A DNA stretch of 64,000 bases from Nemertoderma westbladi (Eukaryota; Animalia; Xenacoelomorpha). Positions 21,845 through 35,558 of the stretch are shown piece after piece. A program made the translations under genes and the position numbers. Numbering within the stretch: the stretch's first letter is position 1; each line of letters starts with the position of its first letter. Under the pieces are notes generated by a model that was given only the letters and a program-made list of their open reading frames with translations, made no database searches and was not told where the DNA came from. Where the stretch lies: positions 1-64,000 of the forward strand of contig JAUCBJ010006570.1 in NCBI GenBank assembly GCA_032718475.1, written 5' to 3'.

Positions 21845-24232
21845 TATTACTACTAGGTCGAGCGAACTCGGACAGTGGAAATGAGATCCTTCCAGGCTTC
21901 CCGATTATCCATAGTTGTCGCAATTTCGTTTTTCCCAAGTTCAGTATCCCTTTCAAGTTGATCTATTGTTATGGCCGGTCGTCCACGACTACGCTTTCCA
22001 TGAGTTGGTTGCCAGAGAAGTAGATCTGGTATGACCTCGTCTTTACTTCGCCAGCAGTGCCCACTGAATCTTAATCTGCGTTCACGGAGGGTGGTTGATA
22101 CAGGTGGTATTGTACCATAAAGTTCGGCGTTTGTCATGTGTTGTCTCCAGCTTATGTTTAGGGCTGCCCTTAGTAGTCTTGTGTAGCCACCATCAATTCG
22201 TTGTTCAAGTGATTTAGTCAGTGTCCAGGTCTCACCCCCGTATAAAAATACACTTTCCACTGTGGCTCGAAAGAACTTAGTCTTCAGGTGCCTGGAGAGA
22301 TCTGATTTCCAGATGGTATCCATTTTTGATAGAGCTACCCAAGCCTTTGATTTCCTAACTTCTATGTCCTTTTTGCTACTCTCTATCCATGATCCAAGGT
22401 ACTGGAAGTCATCGACCTTCCTTAGTTGATTATTATCAATGGTTGTCAAGTTTCCATCAACATTAAAGGTCATGAATTCGGTCTTTGTAGCATTTATATG
22501 CAATCCAACCTCCTTAGCAACCCTCTCCACTTTATTTAGTAGAAGCTGTGCATCTGCTAGCGTATTAGAGAGCAGGGCGTTGTCATCCGCAAAGTCGGTG
22601 TCTGTGACTGTAGTTGCCGGATATCTACTACTTCTGCGTTCTTGAAGTGTGAATCCCAGATCTTCATCCTTTGTGGCCGTCCTCATTGCGTAATCCAGCA
22701 CAATTACAAATAGTAATGGTGCTAATGTGTCACCTTGCAGTACGCCAGCCAGGATTGAGAAAAACTCAGTTTCACCATCTGGTGAGAGTACCTGCGCTTC
22801 TGTGTCACAATATAACAATCCAATGCCAGCAACAATTACTTCTGGTATTCCATAAGCTCTTAGGATTTCGGGTAAATCTTTTCGACCTACGCGTAGGCCT
22901 ACGCGTAGCTACGCGTAGTTTGGAACTTCCATTCCTGTCATTTACCGGTAGGGCCAGACTTACTGCCTTTTTAACAACTACACGTAGGTGTTTTAAAACT
23001 ACGCGTAGTTATTTTGGAACTACGCGTAGGTATTTTGAAACTACGCGTAGGTGGTACGCGGAGCAGTCCTGATAACAATGATTTTTCATTTCAGGTCTGG
23101 TAGGGTTGAGTTGTTAAGCAAGTATCGGTATATGTCAGGTATCTGATTATCAGACGAATGTAATAACAGAATCGGAAACTCATATCTCTACATACAGCAC
23201 TGCAGCACTGGTAATAAATAATATTCGGCTCTTTCACATACAAACACAGTGGATGAATAAAAAGTAAACTTAAAATTCACGTCTCATGATTCAAGTATCT
23301 TTGTTTCCATTGGATTATTTAAATATTGAACAGTAGTAAAAAAAGCTACCAGTCTACCGGTGAAGAGGTTAAGCGAAAGCTGATAAATACTGCATATAAT
23401 CAAATTGTTTGGTCAAATAACAAGTGCAACCAATCATGGTAGACAATTTAGTCTCCCCCTTCCCTTGTCAAGGGGTTAACATATTAAATACAGTATATCC
23501 TTGCCCTATCGTGAACAAAGGCAATAAAAAGCATAGAGAATCGATAAGAACCATCGGCCTATTTCCTTTGTAAACTATTTTTGAACTCTAAACATTAATT
23601 ATTAACACATTTTACCGCCCGCAACGTATGAAGTGAAGAATATGTAGTCTTCGCGTATTCCTCTATATAGAGTATACAGGTATAGGATACATTACTGTTG
23701 AAAGAATTTGATGGTTGTGGGTTGATTATTGAACATACCGTATTGTGTCTTATTTTAGTACTGACTCGCTTGGACTACGTAAGCCTACTAATGATAAACG
23801 ACGTATAGGCATAGTTATGGGTAGCACCTATGCGTAGGTCGCGTAGGACCTACGCTTAGCTACGCGTAGCACCTACGCGTAGTTATTGTTAAAACTCTGA
23901 AACTGGTGATATATGACCCAATGTTGCGAACTACGCGTAGGCCTACGCGTAGGTCGAAAAGATTTACCCAGGATTTCAAGCATTTTACCTCTATGGATGG
24001 AGTCGAATGCCTTTTTGAAGTCCACAAAAGTCATGACTGCGGGGAGATTCTTTGACTTAATTCCTTCAATCAGTCTCCGTAGTGCAAGTATCTGAGCTAT
24101 TGTTGATCTACTTGGTCGAAATCCGTTTTGGCTCTTACGCACTAGTTTCTCTATGTGAGGCCTAATCCTATATAGAATCATTTTATTGTATATTTTGGCA
24201 GCTACCACAAGCAGACAGATCCCACGATAGTT
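21845..24232 (-). mobile_element. 5'-truncated RTE-B LINE, split by a TIR element
   Basis: SQNGFR...FVDFKKAFDSIHRGKMLEIL (23970-24208) joins RAYGIPE...GVLQGDTLAP, DFADD, FQYLGS (21853-22868). Confidence 0.9.
22870..23969. mobile_element. Non-autonomous TIR transposon (MULE- or Merlin-like)
   Basis: TIR GGGTAAATCTTTTCGACCTACGCGTAGGCCTACGCGTAG; exact 8-bp TSD AGGATTTC; CTACGCGTAG subterminal repeats. Confidence 0.85.
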
Positions 24233-24478
24233 TATTTCATTATTAGTTATATTTTATATTGAACGCAATTTCGGAAATTAATACATTTTCATTTTTAACT
24301 CTATCATAATTTAATACCTCTTGCTATTTTGCCAGTTTAATCACATTTGGAAAACACATAGGTTTTTTAGCCTTAAGCGACCCCACTAAGGAAAACACAA
24401 GGAGAGTAAATACTAGAAAAGTATACATTTCCGGAAATTTCCTTAAAAAAAAATATTTCCAGAAAACTCACATCCCTA

Positions 24479-24640
24479 GGGACACTATCTCTACTCCACT
24501 GCTACGATTGGTCTTAACGGTCTTTGCAGCAGTATTAATTTCAGCACAGGAGAGATCGCCAATATTAATATCTGGGAGTACAGAGTCGGAAACGTTTTTG
24601 TACAAAGATATCATTCAATACCCTGTCATTAATTAGTAGC
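24479..24640 (-). mobile_element. Upstream continuation of the old RTE-A copy
   Basis: Minus strand reads INIGDLSCAEINTAAKTVKTNRSSGVEIV, like the pre-RT EIxxAxKxLKxxKxxGxD motif. Confidence 0.55.
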
Positions 24641-24649
24641 TTTCCAAAG

Positions 24650-24876
24650 TGGACTTTCCAATCCAAGCATTCGGGCGATCAGCTGGCCACTATACAGCCA
24701 CTATAAATGATACACTCTACTGCTCTGGACTTTCCAATCCAAGCATTCGGGCGATCAGCTGGCGATTATACAGCCACTATAAATGATACACTCTACAGCT
24801 CTGGTCTTTCCAATCCAAGCATTCGGGCCATCAGCTGGCGATTATACGGCCACTATAAATAATACTCTCTAATGCT
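24650..24876. repeat. 76-bp tandem repeat, 3 copies
   Basis: GG(A/T)CTTTCCAATCCAAGCATTCGGGC at 24651, 24727 and 24803. Confidence 0.9.
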
Positions 24877-25158
24877 CTATCTACAAATTTGGGAAGGACA
24901 TCTTTACATTCAATGATAAATGCGCCAGATATTTTTATACCGAGTATTCATAATGAAATTGATCCAATTGGAAGGAATTTCATTCAGCAGATAATATATT
25001 TTATTTCTTTGTAAAGATAATAAATCTAGGAAAAAATATTACCGAATAAATTTGGGAATATAGTAAACACAGTGAAATTGGTGAATGAAATAAGTCCTAA
25101 AAACTTTAACGAGACATACAAATAGTATATCAGCACATTAACAATATTATTAGCGACA

Positions 25159-25911
25159 TTATCGTCCACGTTTCTTCCTCTGAGCTTCTTCTTCACGCTC
25201 TTTCTCAATTTCGCTAACATATTTCGAGATTTCATCGGTAGTTAACATCTCTAACTTTTTATCCTTGGCTATAACCGCGACGTCCATGTTCTTGGAACCG
25301 GATTGGACGACCTCGAACAAGGCCTTCACGGCTAGTTTAATGGTCCCAACCCTATCTGCCACTAGATCGTCCTGGTACGCCTTCTCCAGGAACTCGTGGA
25401 CAGTCTTGGCGCTGCGACCAATCGCGTCGGCTTTCCATTCAAAGTAGTTACCGGCCGGGTCGGTTTGGTACAGTCTGGGAGTGTCGGAATCCTTGTCGAA
25501 CCCGGCCAACAGACAGGACACTCCAAAGGGACGACGGCCGTTACTCTGTGTGTACTGCTGTTTGATCTGCGCGAGGTACCTGGTGATGTACTCCACAGTG
25601 ACGGGGTCTTCCACGGTCAGCTGATGACTCTGACACTCGACCCTGGCACGACTTATGAGAACCCGCGCGTCGGCAGACAGCCCGGCGAACGCCATCACAA
25701 TGTGTTTATCGAGTTGAACAATCTTCCTCACGGTCCGCTCTTCCTGCAGTTTAGCTACGGCTTTCTTCTCCACCGCCAGCACTATGCAGTCTGCACCCCG
25801 AACCGCTACCGCACAAGTACCCTTCTTCACGGCTTCTTGGGCGTATTCTACTTGGAACAGATGGCCGTCCGGTGAAAACACGGTTATAGCGCGATCGTAT
25901 CGGCTAGTCAT
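25159..25911 (-). CDS. PSMA7: Proteasome subunit alpha type-7 (alpha4), single exon
   Basis: [40 protein letters not shown] and [11 protein letters not shown] motifs; full length. Confidence 0.97.
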   Translation of the reverse strand: MTSRYDRAITVFSPDGHLFQVEYAQEAVKKGTCAVAVRGADCIVLAVEKKAVAKLQEERTVRKIVQLDKHIVMAFAGLSADARVLISRARVECQSHQLTVEDPVTVEYITRYLAQIKQQYTQSNGRRPFGVSCLLAGFDKDSDTPRLYQTDPAGNYFEWKADAIGRSAKTVHEFLEKAYQDDLVADRVGTIKLAVKALFEVVQSGSKNMDVAVIAKDKKLEMLTTDEISKYVSEIEKEREEEAQRKKRGR

Positions 25912-27541
25912 AGTTTTATTTTCTGTAGTTTCGTTTCCTTGTATATGTAAATATTTATAAATATATCTGTCAGTCAGTATAGGCTACTTCAAAAAATAGG
26001 CCTAACAGCCTAATAGTCAGTTAGATAAAATACTGAACTGAGCACCCATTTGAATATATTAATAGCATATTATAGCGTAGCCTATTCCTATTCCCTATTA
26101 TTCAGTTATTGCAGTACCGGGTATTGTATTAACATAATAAATTTTGTAATGAATTAAGAGCATGAGCGGATGATAGAGGTTCAGTAGAAAATAATATTAA
26201 GTACCATCAGAACATTACTGAATTATATACCGTATACTGATATACTGCACTACACGGTGTCTAACTGTCTTGTCAGTCATTACACATTAGACTGTTAGAC
26301 GGGGCTCGCGGTATTACCGGTACAGGTACATACATATTACAAGTTGTTAGTTTACGTATGATTTGGTTAGTTGTTAGCGTACCCTACCGGTACCGGTAAT
26401 AATAGGTTACCAGTCAGCCGGTATTACAGTACTGCAGTATGAAATTGATCCAGAACTCTTTAACAGGCTGACAGGATAACTAATTTGATAACATCAGAAC
26501 ATTGAGGGAGGGTTGGCATGGCATATAAGAAGTTTGGGAGGTTAATATTTTGTCATTTTTAATGAGCACTGGAGCAACATAAACCAGATCATAAATAAAT
26601 TGGGCTAGCCTACTGCTGTAGGCCTACTGTGTAAAATTACCGCTACCGCCAGACCGCAGTACCGGCTGACCGGTAGCACAATATACAGATATCCCCAACA
26701 CAGCTCACTAGCTCTAACTGCAGACTGGCAGAACTGACTGCTGGACTGTCTGACTGTATAGGCCTTCGTGTATAGGCTTTCTGATAGACAGTCAGACAGT
26801 CTGACAGTTCACCAGTCAGCCAGTTAGATCTGTAGATGTTAGAATGTCCAATTATCAGATTAGGCCTATTCTATTCCACTCACTGACTGCTGACTCCCGA
26901 CTCATGCTCTCTACACGGTAGGCCTACATGCAGTCCACGGTACCGTACACTACACAGTAGTCTGACAGACTGGTAGTACAAAAATCAATTATTAATTAAT
27001 TGCTGACAAACAGTCTGACAGTGTTTATGTTGATTGCCCAAGAAAATATCGGGCAAAGTTCTGAAGTTGCCCCAGCTGCACAGGCATCCCCAGTTGCCAG
27101 TTGCCAGCCAGGGCAAAGTTTCCAGTTTGCCATTTGCAATTATTATTATTATTATCAACACTCAGACCATGGTAAAATAAACATTCATGTGATAAACATA
27201 ATAAATTATGCATGCACTAAATTATAAGTAATTATAAAAGGGGAGAAGACCGCCCAGGCTTTAACTGCACTTATGGGGGCCATACACTAAAAATCCAGAA
27301 ACTTATTAATATAAAATAAGGTATGAACAATAATTAAAGAAAGCAAATACACTATAAATAAAGCAAGGAACATTGATTATATCTATCAGTCTATTAACTA
27401 AATATTAAAGCGAATAAAAACTAATGAAACAGTAGTGAAGCAGAAACCGTACCGGTCGGTACTAGAAACCAATTAATTACAATGACGAATCTGAATTAAA
27501 AATAAGTAAAAAATAATTAATTAAAAAATAGTTAAAAAGGA

Positions 27542-27830
27542 TCACGCCAAGTTTCTATCAAATTTGCAAAAATGCAGCAAATCAACATCGAGTAATTTAC
27601 GTGAAAAAGAGAGTAAGCTCTCTGAATCTACTACTGTTGCGTCTAATGAATTCCATATTGGAATCGCGCGATTGGCAAACGAAAATTTCGAAATTTGCAG
27701 TCTACTGTAGTTAACCAATAGCTTGTGGTTGTGTCCTCTCAATCCACTACGCACTGGATAAGAGAAAAAATCATCAAAGGCTAAATCTATCAGACCGTGT
27801 AAAATAGAAAAAAACATTTTTTGATCATAA
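27542..27830 (-). mobile_element. 3' fragment of a CR1-like LINE ORF2
   Basis: LRGHNHKL...KFSFANRAIPIWNSLDATVV...SF, typical of CR1/L2 C-termini. Confidence 0.7.
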
Positions 27831-28288
27831 ATAGACCAAAAATTTGGGTGCATTTTACGGTAGGCCTACCGGCTGACCGTGACCGGTACCTAATCCAGTA
27901 CCAGTAATCCAGTTCTGCAGTAACAGTTCCAGTATCTGAGTACAGACAGCAGTTAGGTAGGCCTATGTCTGTACAGCTGTATGTACTGATGTATGTAGTA
28001 GCAGTACTGCAGTAAACTACTCCTGCACTCCTGTACCGGTAGGCCTACTCTTACCAGTCTGTCAGTACTACATACTGATTGAAAGGTGCCAGCCTGCTCC
28101 ATAGCCCGGGAAATTCAAATAATGGAAAGACACATTTACCTTTTACACCGTTAACACCATGTGAACCATGTGAATAATAATTATTTATTACATGGGAAAT
28201 AAAGTAGAACTTTTTCATTATTTTTCGAGGCATTTTATTTACCGAGCGTCAGCGAGGTTCGAGACGTCGTGAAGAATCAAGAATAAAG

Positions 28289-31200
28289 TGTCTAGAGAAT
28301 ATTGAAAAAGAAATGTTCAACGTTTTTTTCCCATGTAATACGTAATTTTATTCTTAAATTGGTACTTCTTTTGTTGCTAAATTCTTTAATAAAACATAGC
28401 GATATACTACGGTACAGTATTGAGTTCCGTTTTTGTAAAAGCTTTTGCGGACATAACAAGTCATTTTTACGCAATGCGCAGAAGGAAAGAAATTGGAAAG
28501 GAATTAGAACCAGGATGACGAAATCTGTCAGCTGATTCTCTGTGTACGTGGAGGTTTCTTTGTTCCGGCTTTTAGCCAATCAGAGCAATTTTCACTTTAC
28601 GGCTAACAGAGACCTACCTGAGAAACTCGCGCAATGCATGATGGTTATTATTATTTTTCTGAGAATTAGATTCAGCTCAGAATTCTGTGCTTCTGTACGG
28701 AAATTTCAGACTTTGGCCTGGGAACATCTGATGGCCTTGGTTATAGGAACGTAAATCTATTAACATTTCGAACATTACGAACATTTCATCACATTTCTTA
28801 ACTCATTTCACCGGGGCACCCATTTCACCGCACTATTTTACTTCTGTTTTATAGTATTAATTGTTGTTATATTAATGGATGTTGATGTTATATTTGGAGA
28901 ATACCGATAAATAATCATAAACCCCTCAATCTTATTGATTACTGAGGTAAGAGGAAAAGAGTCTACCGGTAGCAACTGCGACTTAAATTACAGTGGTTTT
29001 GTGTGAATTAAATGCTATTTCATAATCCCTACGTGTGTCAGTTGCAATCCTCCTTATATATGATCAAATTCAGTGACGGTCGGCAAATTAGTGTGAAGTA
29101 GTGTAAAGTAGTGTGAAGTCGTGTGAAGTCGTGTGAAGTAGTGTGGAGGTTAATAAAGCATCTCCTAAAGAATGCACTATTTACGAAACTCTGTGGCCAT
29201 CTAGTTGTGATTAGTATAAGTCATAACTCTGTTTTTATACTTAAAGCGCCACGTCCTAAAGGAACTGTTAATATTTCCCCGAAAGTAAATATAGTTGTCA
29301 GAGATTATATAGTAGCGATCAATCGAATAATACAGTAGGTCTACACTGCAATACTTCCCAAGGAACCCGAATCCAGTCTCCCACACAGTGGGTCATACGC
29401 CGCGCACGGACTGGCTTCGACGGATGTAACTTCAGTACACCAGGTAATTGGTAAGGTCTAAAGTCGATTTATAAATAAGAGGACAATTAAAATTGGCAGG
29501 TTAAACTGCTAAAAGTCTGAAAGCGCGAACATTAATAGATTTAGTTCTTTATTGCGCAGTAGGCAATAAATATATTTTGTCTAATGTTCTGGTGAGAACA
29601 TTAATAGATTTTGTTCTTTATTGCGCAGTAGGCAATAAAGTCGAATGTACCGGTAGGATGGTAAACTGTAGGCCTGATCTGAACCGGTACTTACAGGTAC
29701 AGCAGTTTTATTTCGATTGTGATGATTATATACCGGTAGGTCTTAATATTTAATCGGGGACTGCAGCCCTGGTTTTTATTGGAATTTTACTTATTTCTGT
29801 CAGTTTTATTTATCTGTAAGTGTAATATTGAGCAGAAGGCATGTAAGCCTGCTCAGATTGTATAAATAATTTGTAGGCCGGATTGTTGTCTAACTGTTGT
29901 TAGGTCTGAGGCGATAGCAGTGTATGTAGAGTGTCTGTCCGATAAAGTGCTAGTTAGGAAGGTGGAGGCATCTAGTGCTGTAAGGTAAATCCTCCACGAA
30001 AGAATAAGCCGTACTACTTGGTTAGAATGCCTACTAACTAACCATTTCGGAGTTTGCACATACTGTAGTTTATTTAGGCTTGACAGTAGTCTGCCAGCAT
30101 TTGGTCTGTGTTTTATTTCAATAGTCTGTACGGGTAGCGTAATATTTATTATTCAGAGTTTATGCGAGTATTCGCAACCTCCAATTCCCCAAGTTTATTC
30201 CTACAGTAATTGTGCTTGTTATACATACCGTTATAGTTAAATTAACCCCGGTACTACATCAGGGCTGCTTGGCGTAGGTAAAGACTGATGATTTTGTGCT
30301 CCGGTCACTCCATCAGATACCGTGGTTCTTTTGGCTGTTCACGTATATTTAACTGCTGGTTATTTGTTGTATAAGTACTTGTACCTAATTTAGGGTTTAG
30401 AGTACAGTGCTTTCCGAAAGTAATTTAGTGTGTAGGCAGTATACTTGTGTTGTAACGTGGTTAATAGGTCCGTTAGCTCTGGTTGGCTTCGATGATTAAC
30501 CTCTAGGTATAGGACACTCCGGGTACATAACCTAGTACTTATAGTTTAAGACTATAAGTCGTCAGACGGTGGTATTTCCTTATCTGGACAACGCAACTTA
30601 CTTACTGCTACTTTATTGGTTTCAAATACCGTAGTTTCCTGTCAGTGTGTAAGAACCAGAAGTTCTAACTCCTTGTTAGGCTGGTTCGTAGATTTCTTAT
30701 TAAATTACCCTAAAAATTGTACGTGTAACTTGTTTATTGTTTATTTAGAGATTGTGTAATCTTAACCCGATTCGTAAGTAATTTGTAGTGATAAGTAACT
30801 TAGTTAAGTAGAATTATCCGTATTAGTGTCTAACAAGTAGCACTCCACTGAGAGCGTTCAGCTTCTGTGTAGTGACTCCTTACACAGAAATAATAACATT
30901 TATTTCAAATATTGTCAAAACCCATTACGGGTATATATATATATATATTTATAAATCAACTCAATCAGATTTATAAAATAGTAGGCCTGTTATACATCAA
31001 TTAGGTCTTAATATCAGTTGAACTACTGCTTAATATCAGTAATAAAGTAAAGGGAAGTAACCCTAAAATTCAGAAAATCAGTCATTAGTAAATAATTGAC
31101 ATTACCGGTATTTACGGTAAGCTTATTATATTTATATAAATTAGGCTAAACTTATATAGCGGTATTCTGTGACTGATCCTAGTCTGTAATAATACTTATA

Positions 31201-34200
31201 TATATACTATAAGTGTATACCGGTATTTTAATATTAAATATATATCACGTTACACTGAGTAACAATATCGGTAACTACTAGGCTGACAGTTGATACTGAT
31301 TCCTCTAGACTTGCTTTAACTGTCATTATAGTAGTAGGCATTCAACTGTAAAATAAATAATGTCTGACACAAAGCAAACACTGTCAGATAGTCTCCTGGA
31401 AAGAACGATCTGTGACCCAGATCAAAGTATAGAACATCTCAGACCGAAGTCTAAGTCCCCTCCTACTGTGAGAAAGGTTATCCCTAAAGTAGTGGTATCA
31501 GACCCTAGGCTAGTAAAGCACCATAGGTCTATTATAGGCACTAGGGCTCAAGTTAAGCGAAACCAAGAGATGGCTGTTAAACAACAACAGCACCCGAACC
31601 GAGAACTTATTTCTCAACGACAGAATAACTCTAGTTCCGACACTGAAGAGTTAACGCCTGAGATCGGAGCAAGGATGGAAGAAGCGGTTTATCCAGATCC
31701 ACTTCTAATTCTTCCTGGGGCCGTACTCACTAGAGTATTGATAGCTGTGGAGGAACATCAAGCTGATTGGATGAGAAATAAGAGATTGACCAGGGACAGT
31801 TATGCGGGTTACACGATGGAAGAACTAAGGTCTATTGTAGAGACGCAATGGAACTTCCCCGGACCCAGACACCCGTTTAACTTATCGGAAGGTGCCTGGG
31901 AAGACTTATACCGAATGGGGATAGTAAGGGACATTCGAGATCCAGCAGTATGGAAGAGGTCAGCAGCAGGATATGTCCAGGGATTCTTCAATTCCTTGGA
32001 ACGACTAGAAGAACATTTATTTCAACAACCACAAGGACCTCAAGAGCAGGGAGAGCTGCTTTATCAAGTGAGAGAACGTATCTTGCGGATCAGATTAATC
32101 CTTTCAGCCTTTGAGGAAGCCTCGAAGAGAAGCCAAGACACGTCGTTGCAAGTGGCTGTAAAGACTTGGTTCCAACGAGTGAATGTTAAGGTCCAGGGAA
32201 AGACACAATGGAAGGTTCAGCTAACTGAGCGCATAACCCACGGAGAATCAACAGATGCCACCTTTTCTCATGTGGAAGGCGAAGCAATATCCGAAAAACC
32301 TCAGAAGAAGGATGCTATTGACATCTATCTGTCGGATTATCAACAATTTATAGGTGACAAAGAGCTAAGGAGACGGCTAGCTGGACTTCACCCTAATAGT
32401 GAGGGAGCCAAATTCGTGTTGGATTCTTTAGATGCGGAAATATTAGCTGCGGAGCAGGCTAAATTTGATGAAAGCATCCTCATCGCAATGGACCAAGAAG
32501 AACAAATAAAGAAAAGGCAAATAGAAGACCGAAGGTTAGCAGCAGCGGCGGCAGCGGCAGAAGCTGAAAGAAAAGCGGCAGCGGCAGAATATGAAAGAAA
32601 GGAGGCAGCAGCAGCGGCAGTGGCAGAAGCAGAACGGAGGGCATCTGAAGCGACAGCCCAACTAGAGTTGGAGAACCTTCAGGCGAAACAAGATTACTTA
32701 AATAAACAAAGAGCAGCTACTCAGATGCAACTACTGAGTCGATCTACTCTCCAAAGACAGGGATTTACCTCCTCTGATGAAGGTGATACAACGGATCCCG
32801 AGGGTAAAGGTAATAAATCTCGTTCAAGCGGACATAGAAGAGCGCCACACCGGCAGAAGTTACCTAATTTGCCTCCTGCGGTGAGAAGGCAACTAGCTAA
32901 TGTAGAATTAAGTAATCAAGAACCTACAGACCAAATTATTAGAGTAGAAAGACTCCCTACTATAGTTGATGAGCCCGAAATAATTAGGCCTGTTAGTGAA
33001 GCCACTCCCTTGTTAGAGACCCCTTTGCTTCAAGAACCTAACTCCAAATTCCCTTTGCATAGTACAAAACTACCTGTGCCCAGTAGACAATTGCCGGAAT
33101 CCCAAACAGTCCTGGACGCTGAGCAAGACATTATAAATAAATTGTCTCCCGTCGTCCCGATGCGCCATCCAGCTACTACGTTGGCGACTCCCGCCTCCGT
33201 GGTTGAGTGGATGGACGAAGGACGGATCAGTTGAGATGGAGCAGTTGCTCGGACAGCTGGAAGGTAATAAAATCAAATCTTCCGAGCAAGTCCGAGAATT
33301 GGAAGGGACTGTTCAACTGCTAAAGGGAACAGTAAGAGAGAGTAGGTTAGAACTGCAAGAAGTACAACAAAGTATCGCTCTAGAGCGCGATAAATTAGTA
33401 AATATACAAATGGGTATACCACCACCCCCTGAAACAATGTGTCAGCCTGTTAGGTCTGAAGTATTTCATGCGCAAGGTGTGGAGCCTACACGCATCTATA
33501 CTGCTAGCGAAGTAGAAACTCCTATAGTAAACCCGATTAAGGGTATCTATAAGCCTGTTGATAATGATATCCCATACAGATCTGATAATAATCCGAGAAA
33601 TTTATCTACCGATAACTCGATATTAAATAATATGATGGCTCAAGAAAGTTTTACACGTCAAATGGCCAGAATTGAAGCCCGTCAAGCAGTAAAGGTGGGA
33701 GAGGTCGTCAAGTTCAATGGAGATGAGATGAAATGGTTACCTTTTAATGAATATTACAAGGATAACATACAGAACTCTGTACTATCTAACGGATAGAAAC
33801 TTAGATTCCTCATCAAGTGCTTGGAAGGACCTCCCAAGTTAATGGCGTTAAAGTTTATTGGACATCCAGATGGATTAAGACAAGTTTGGGATACATTAAA
33901 CATCAGGTATGGTAATAGGACTAACATAGCTAGGTATTTATATGCGAAATTAATGGCGCCCCGAAAGTTTCTTAGCAGCGGGATTATAGAATTTTCCGAT
34001 GAGATTCAGGAGATCTGTAGACAGCTAGATTGGTTAGGTAAGTCTCATGAATACCAGAACTCTATGGTTGTAGGAGCCTTAGCATCTACTTTACCAAAGG
34101 GTTGAGTAGGTACACGCTGGGACAAGAAAGTGTTATATATGATGGAACAACAACAACGAAACCCTACCATGGCTGATCTCATGTCCTTCTTAGATAGTGA

Positions 34201-35555
34201 AGTAAAATTACAACTCATAAAGCAGTCCAGAGAGAAAACATCGGAAAATAAGGTAAGTGAGAAACCCGTTTCTAGGAGAAGGGTAACACCAGTGTGTTAT
34301 ACTGACGACGGCGAAAGCCAAGTCTCTCAGGAAGAGGACAGCGGGAAAGACACAGCAAAATCTTACTATGATAACAAGACCTATAAAGACGTAAGTAAAT
34401 ATAAGTCTCGAACCAGGGACAGAAGAGAACAGGTAACAACAACTCATCCTACGTCTCCTAAGAGAATTCACGGAAGAAAGCCCGAAGAAAGAACGAGAGT
34501 GCATAACGTTGCCCAAGGTAAAGTGAGTAACATCAAACCAAAATGTGCGCTGTGCGACGGGCCCCACCGTTTAAGTGTGTGTGCTGAATTCCTTTGCCAA
34601 AGGGTGGAGTAGGTACTCGTTGGGACAAAAAGGTTCTCTATTTGATGGACCAGCATACCATGGCTGATCTCATGTCGTTCTTAAACGGAGAGGTAAGATT
34701 ACAGCTCCTAAAGCAGTCCAGAGAGAAGACACCGGAAAGTAAGGTAAGTGAAAAACCCGTTACTAGGAGAAAGGTAACACCAGTGCAGTGTGTTATACGG
34801 ACAATGGCGAAAGCCAAACTTCCTACGACGAGAACAGCGGCAAGGATACCGAAAGATCTTATTATGTCAATAAAACAAGGAAAGACGTAAGTAAATCTAA
34901 GTCTCAAACCAGTGACAGGAGAGAACAGGTAACAACTCCCCCTATGTCTCCTAAGAGAATTCATGGAAGGAAGCCCGAAGAAAGAGCTAGTGTCCATAAC
35001 ACGACTCAGATTAAGGTAAGTAACATCAAACCTAAATGTGTAATGTGCGACGGGCCACATCGCTTGAGTGGGTGTGATGAATTCTTAAAGAAATCCCTGA
35101 AGGATAGACATGATGTCATGTGGGATAAGCGGTTGTGTTATAATTGCCTCAGACGAGGACATCAACGACGGACCTGTTACTCAGATGCGAGGTGTGCGAA
35201 GTGCGGCGCGAAACATCATATCTTGCTGCACACAGAATTTGACAGGACCCGTATGAGTCAGGTAAGTGAACCCGAACTACATGTCCAATTCAGTGATGTG
35301 AACGACACTGACCACAGTTCGGAGATGGAAGGATTCTACATGGACGAATTCTCAGAAGAAAATGAATCCTGTTATATGATCAACACAACTGTGTATCGAG
35401 TGCTTACGTATGAGACCGAAACAGACGGAGAAGATCCTAGACTGTTTATTCCGGATCGACAGCCCTCTTGGAAAGCGCCAACTTCATCTGTCGGTATCCG
35501 AGAATTCCCGGTGGTGCAACTGAGGGTGCATGGAATAGGGAGGAGCTTAATACTT
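28289..35555 (+). mobile_element. Bel/Pao family A, copy 2 (putative LTR ~28289-29485, leader, gag; truncated at protease start)
   Basis: Homologous to copy 3 from at least ~28750. The 5' boundary TGTCTAG is tentative. Confidence 0.85.
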
Positions 35556-35558
35556 TAA
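31360..35558 (+). pseudogene. Disrupted Bel/Pao gag
   Basis: Capsid-like KFNGDEMKWLPF...LEGPP; zinc knuckles CVMCDGPHRLSGC, CYNCLRRGHQRRTC, CAKCGAKHHILLH. Frameshift at ~33230, stops at 33794 and 34103, internal duplication. Confidence 0.88.

Larger units (their letters stand above)
20467..24478. mobile_element. hAT-like MITE expanded by nested insertions
   Basis: TIR TAGGGATGTGAG/CTCACATCCCTA; 8-bp TSD GGGACACC/GGGACACT (7 of 8 match). Confidence 0.7.

Noticed and set aside
35446-35555. C-terminal tail of the 905-aa ORF
   Set aside because: Read-through into the antisense strand of family A copy 2, not RT sequence.
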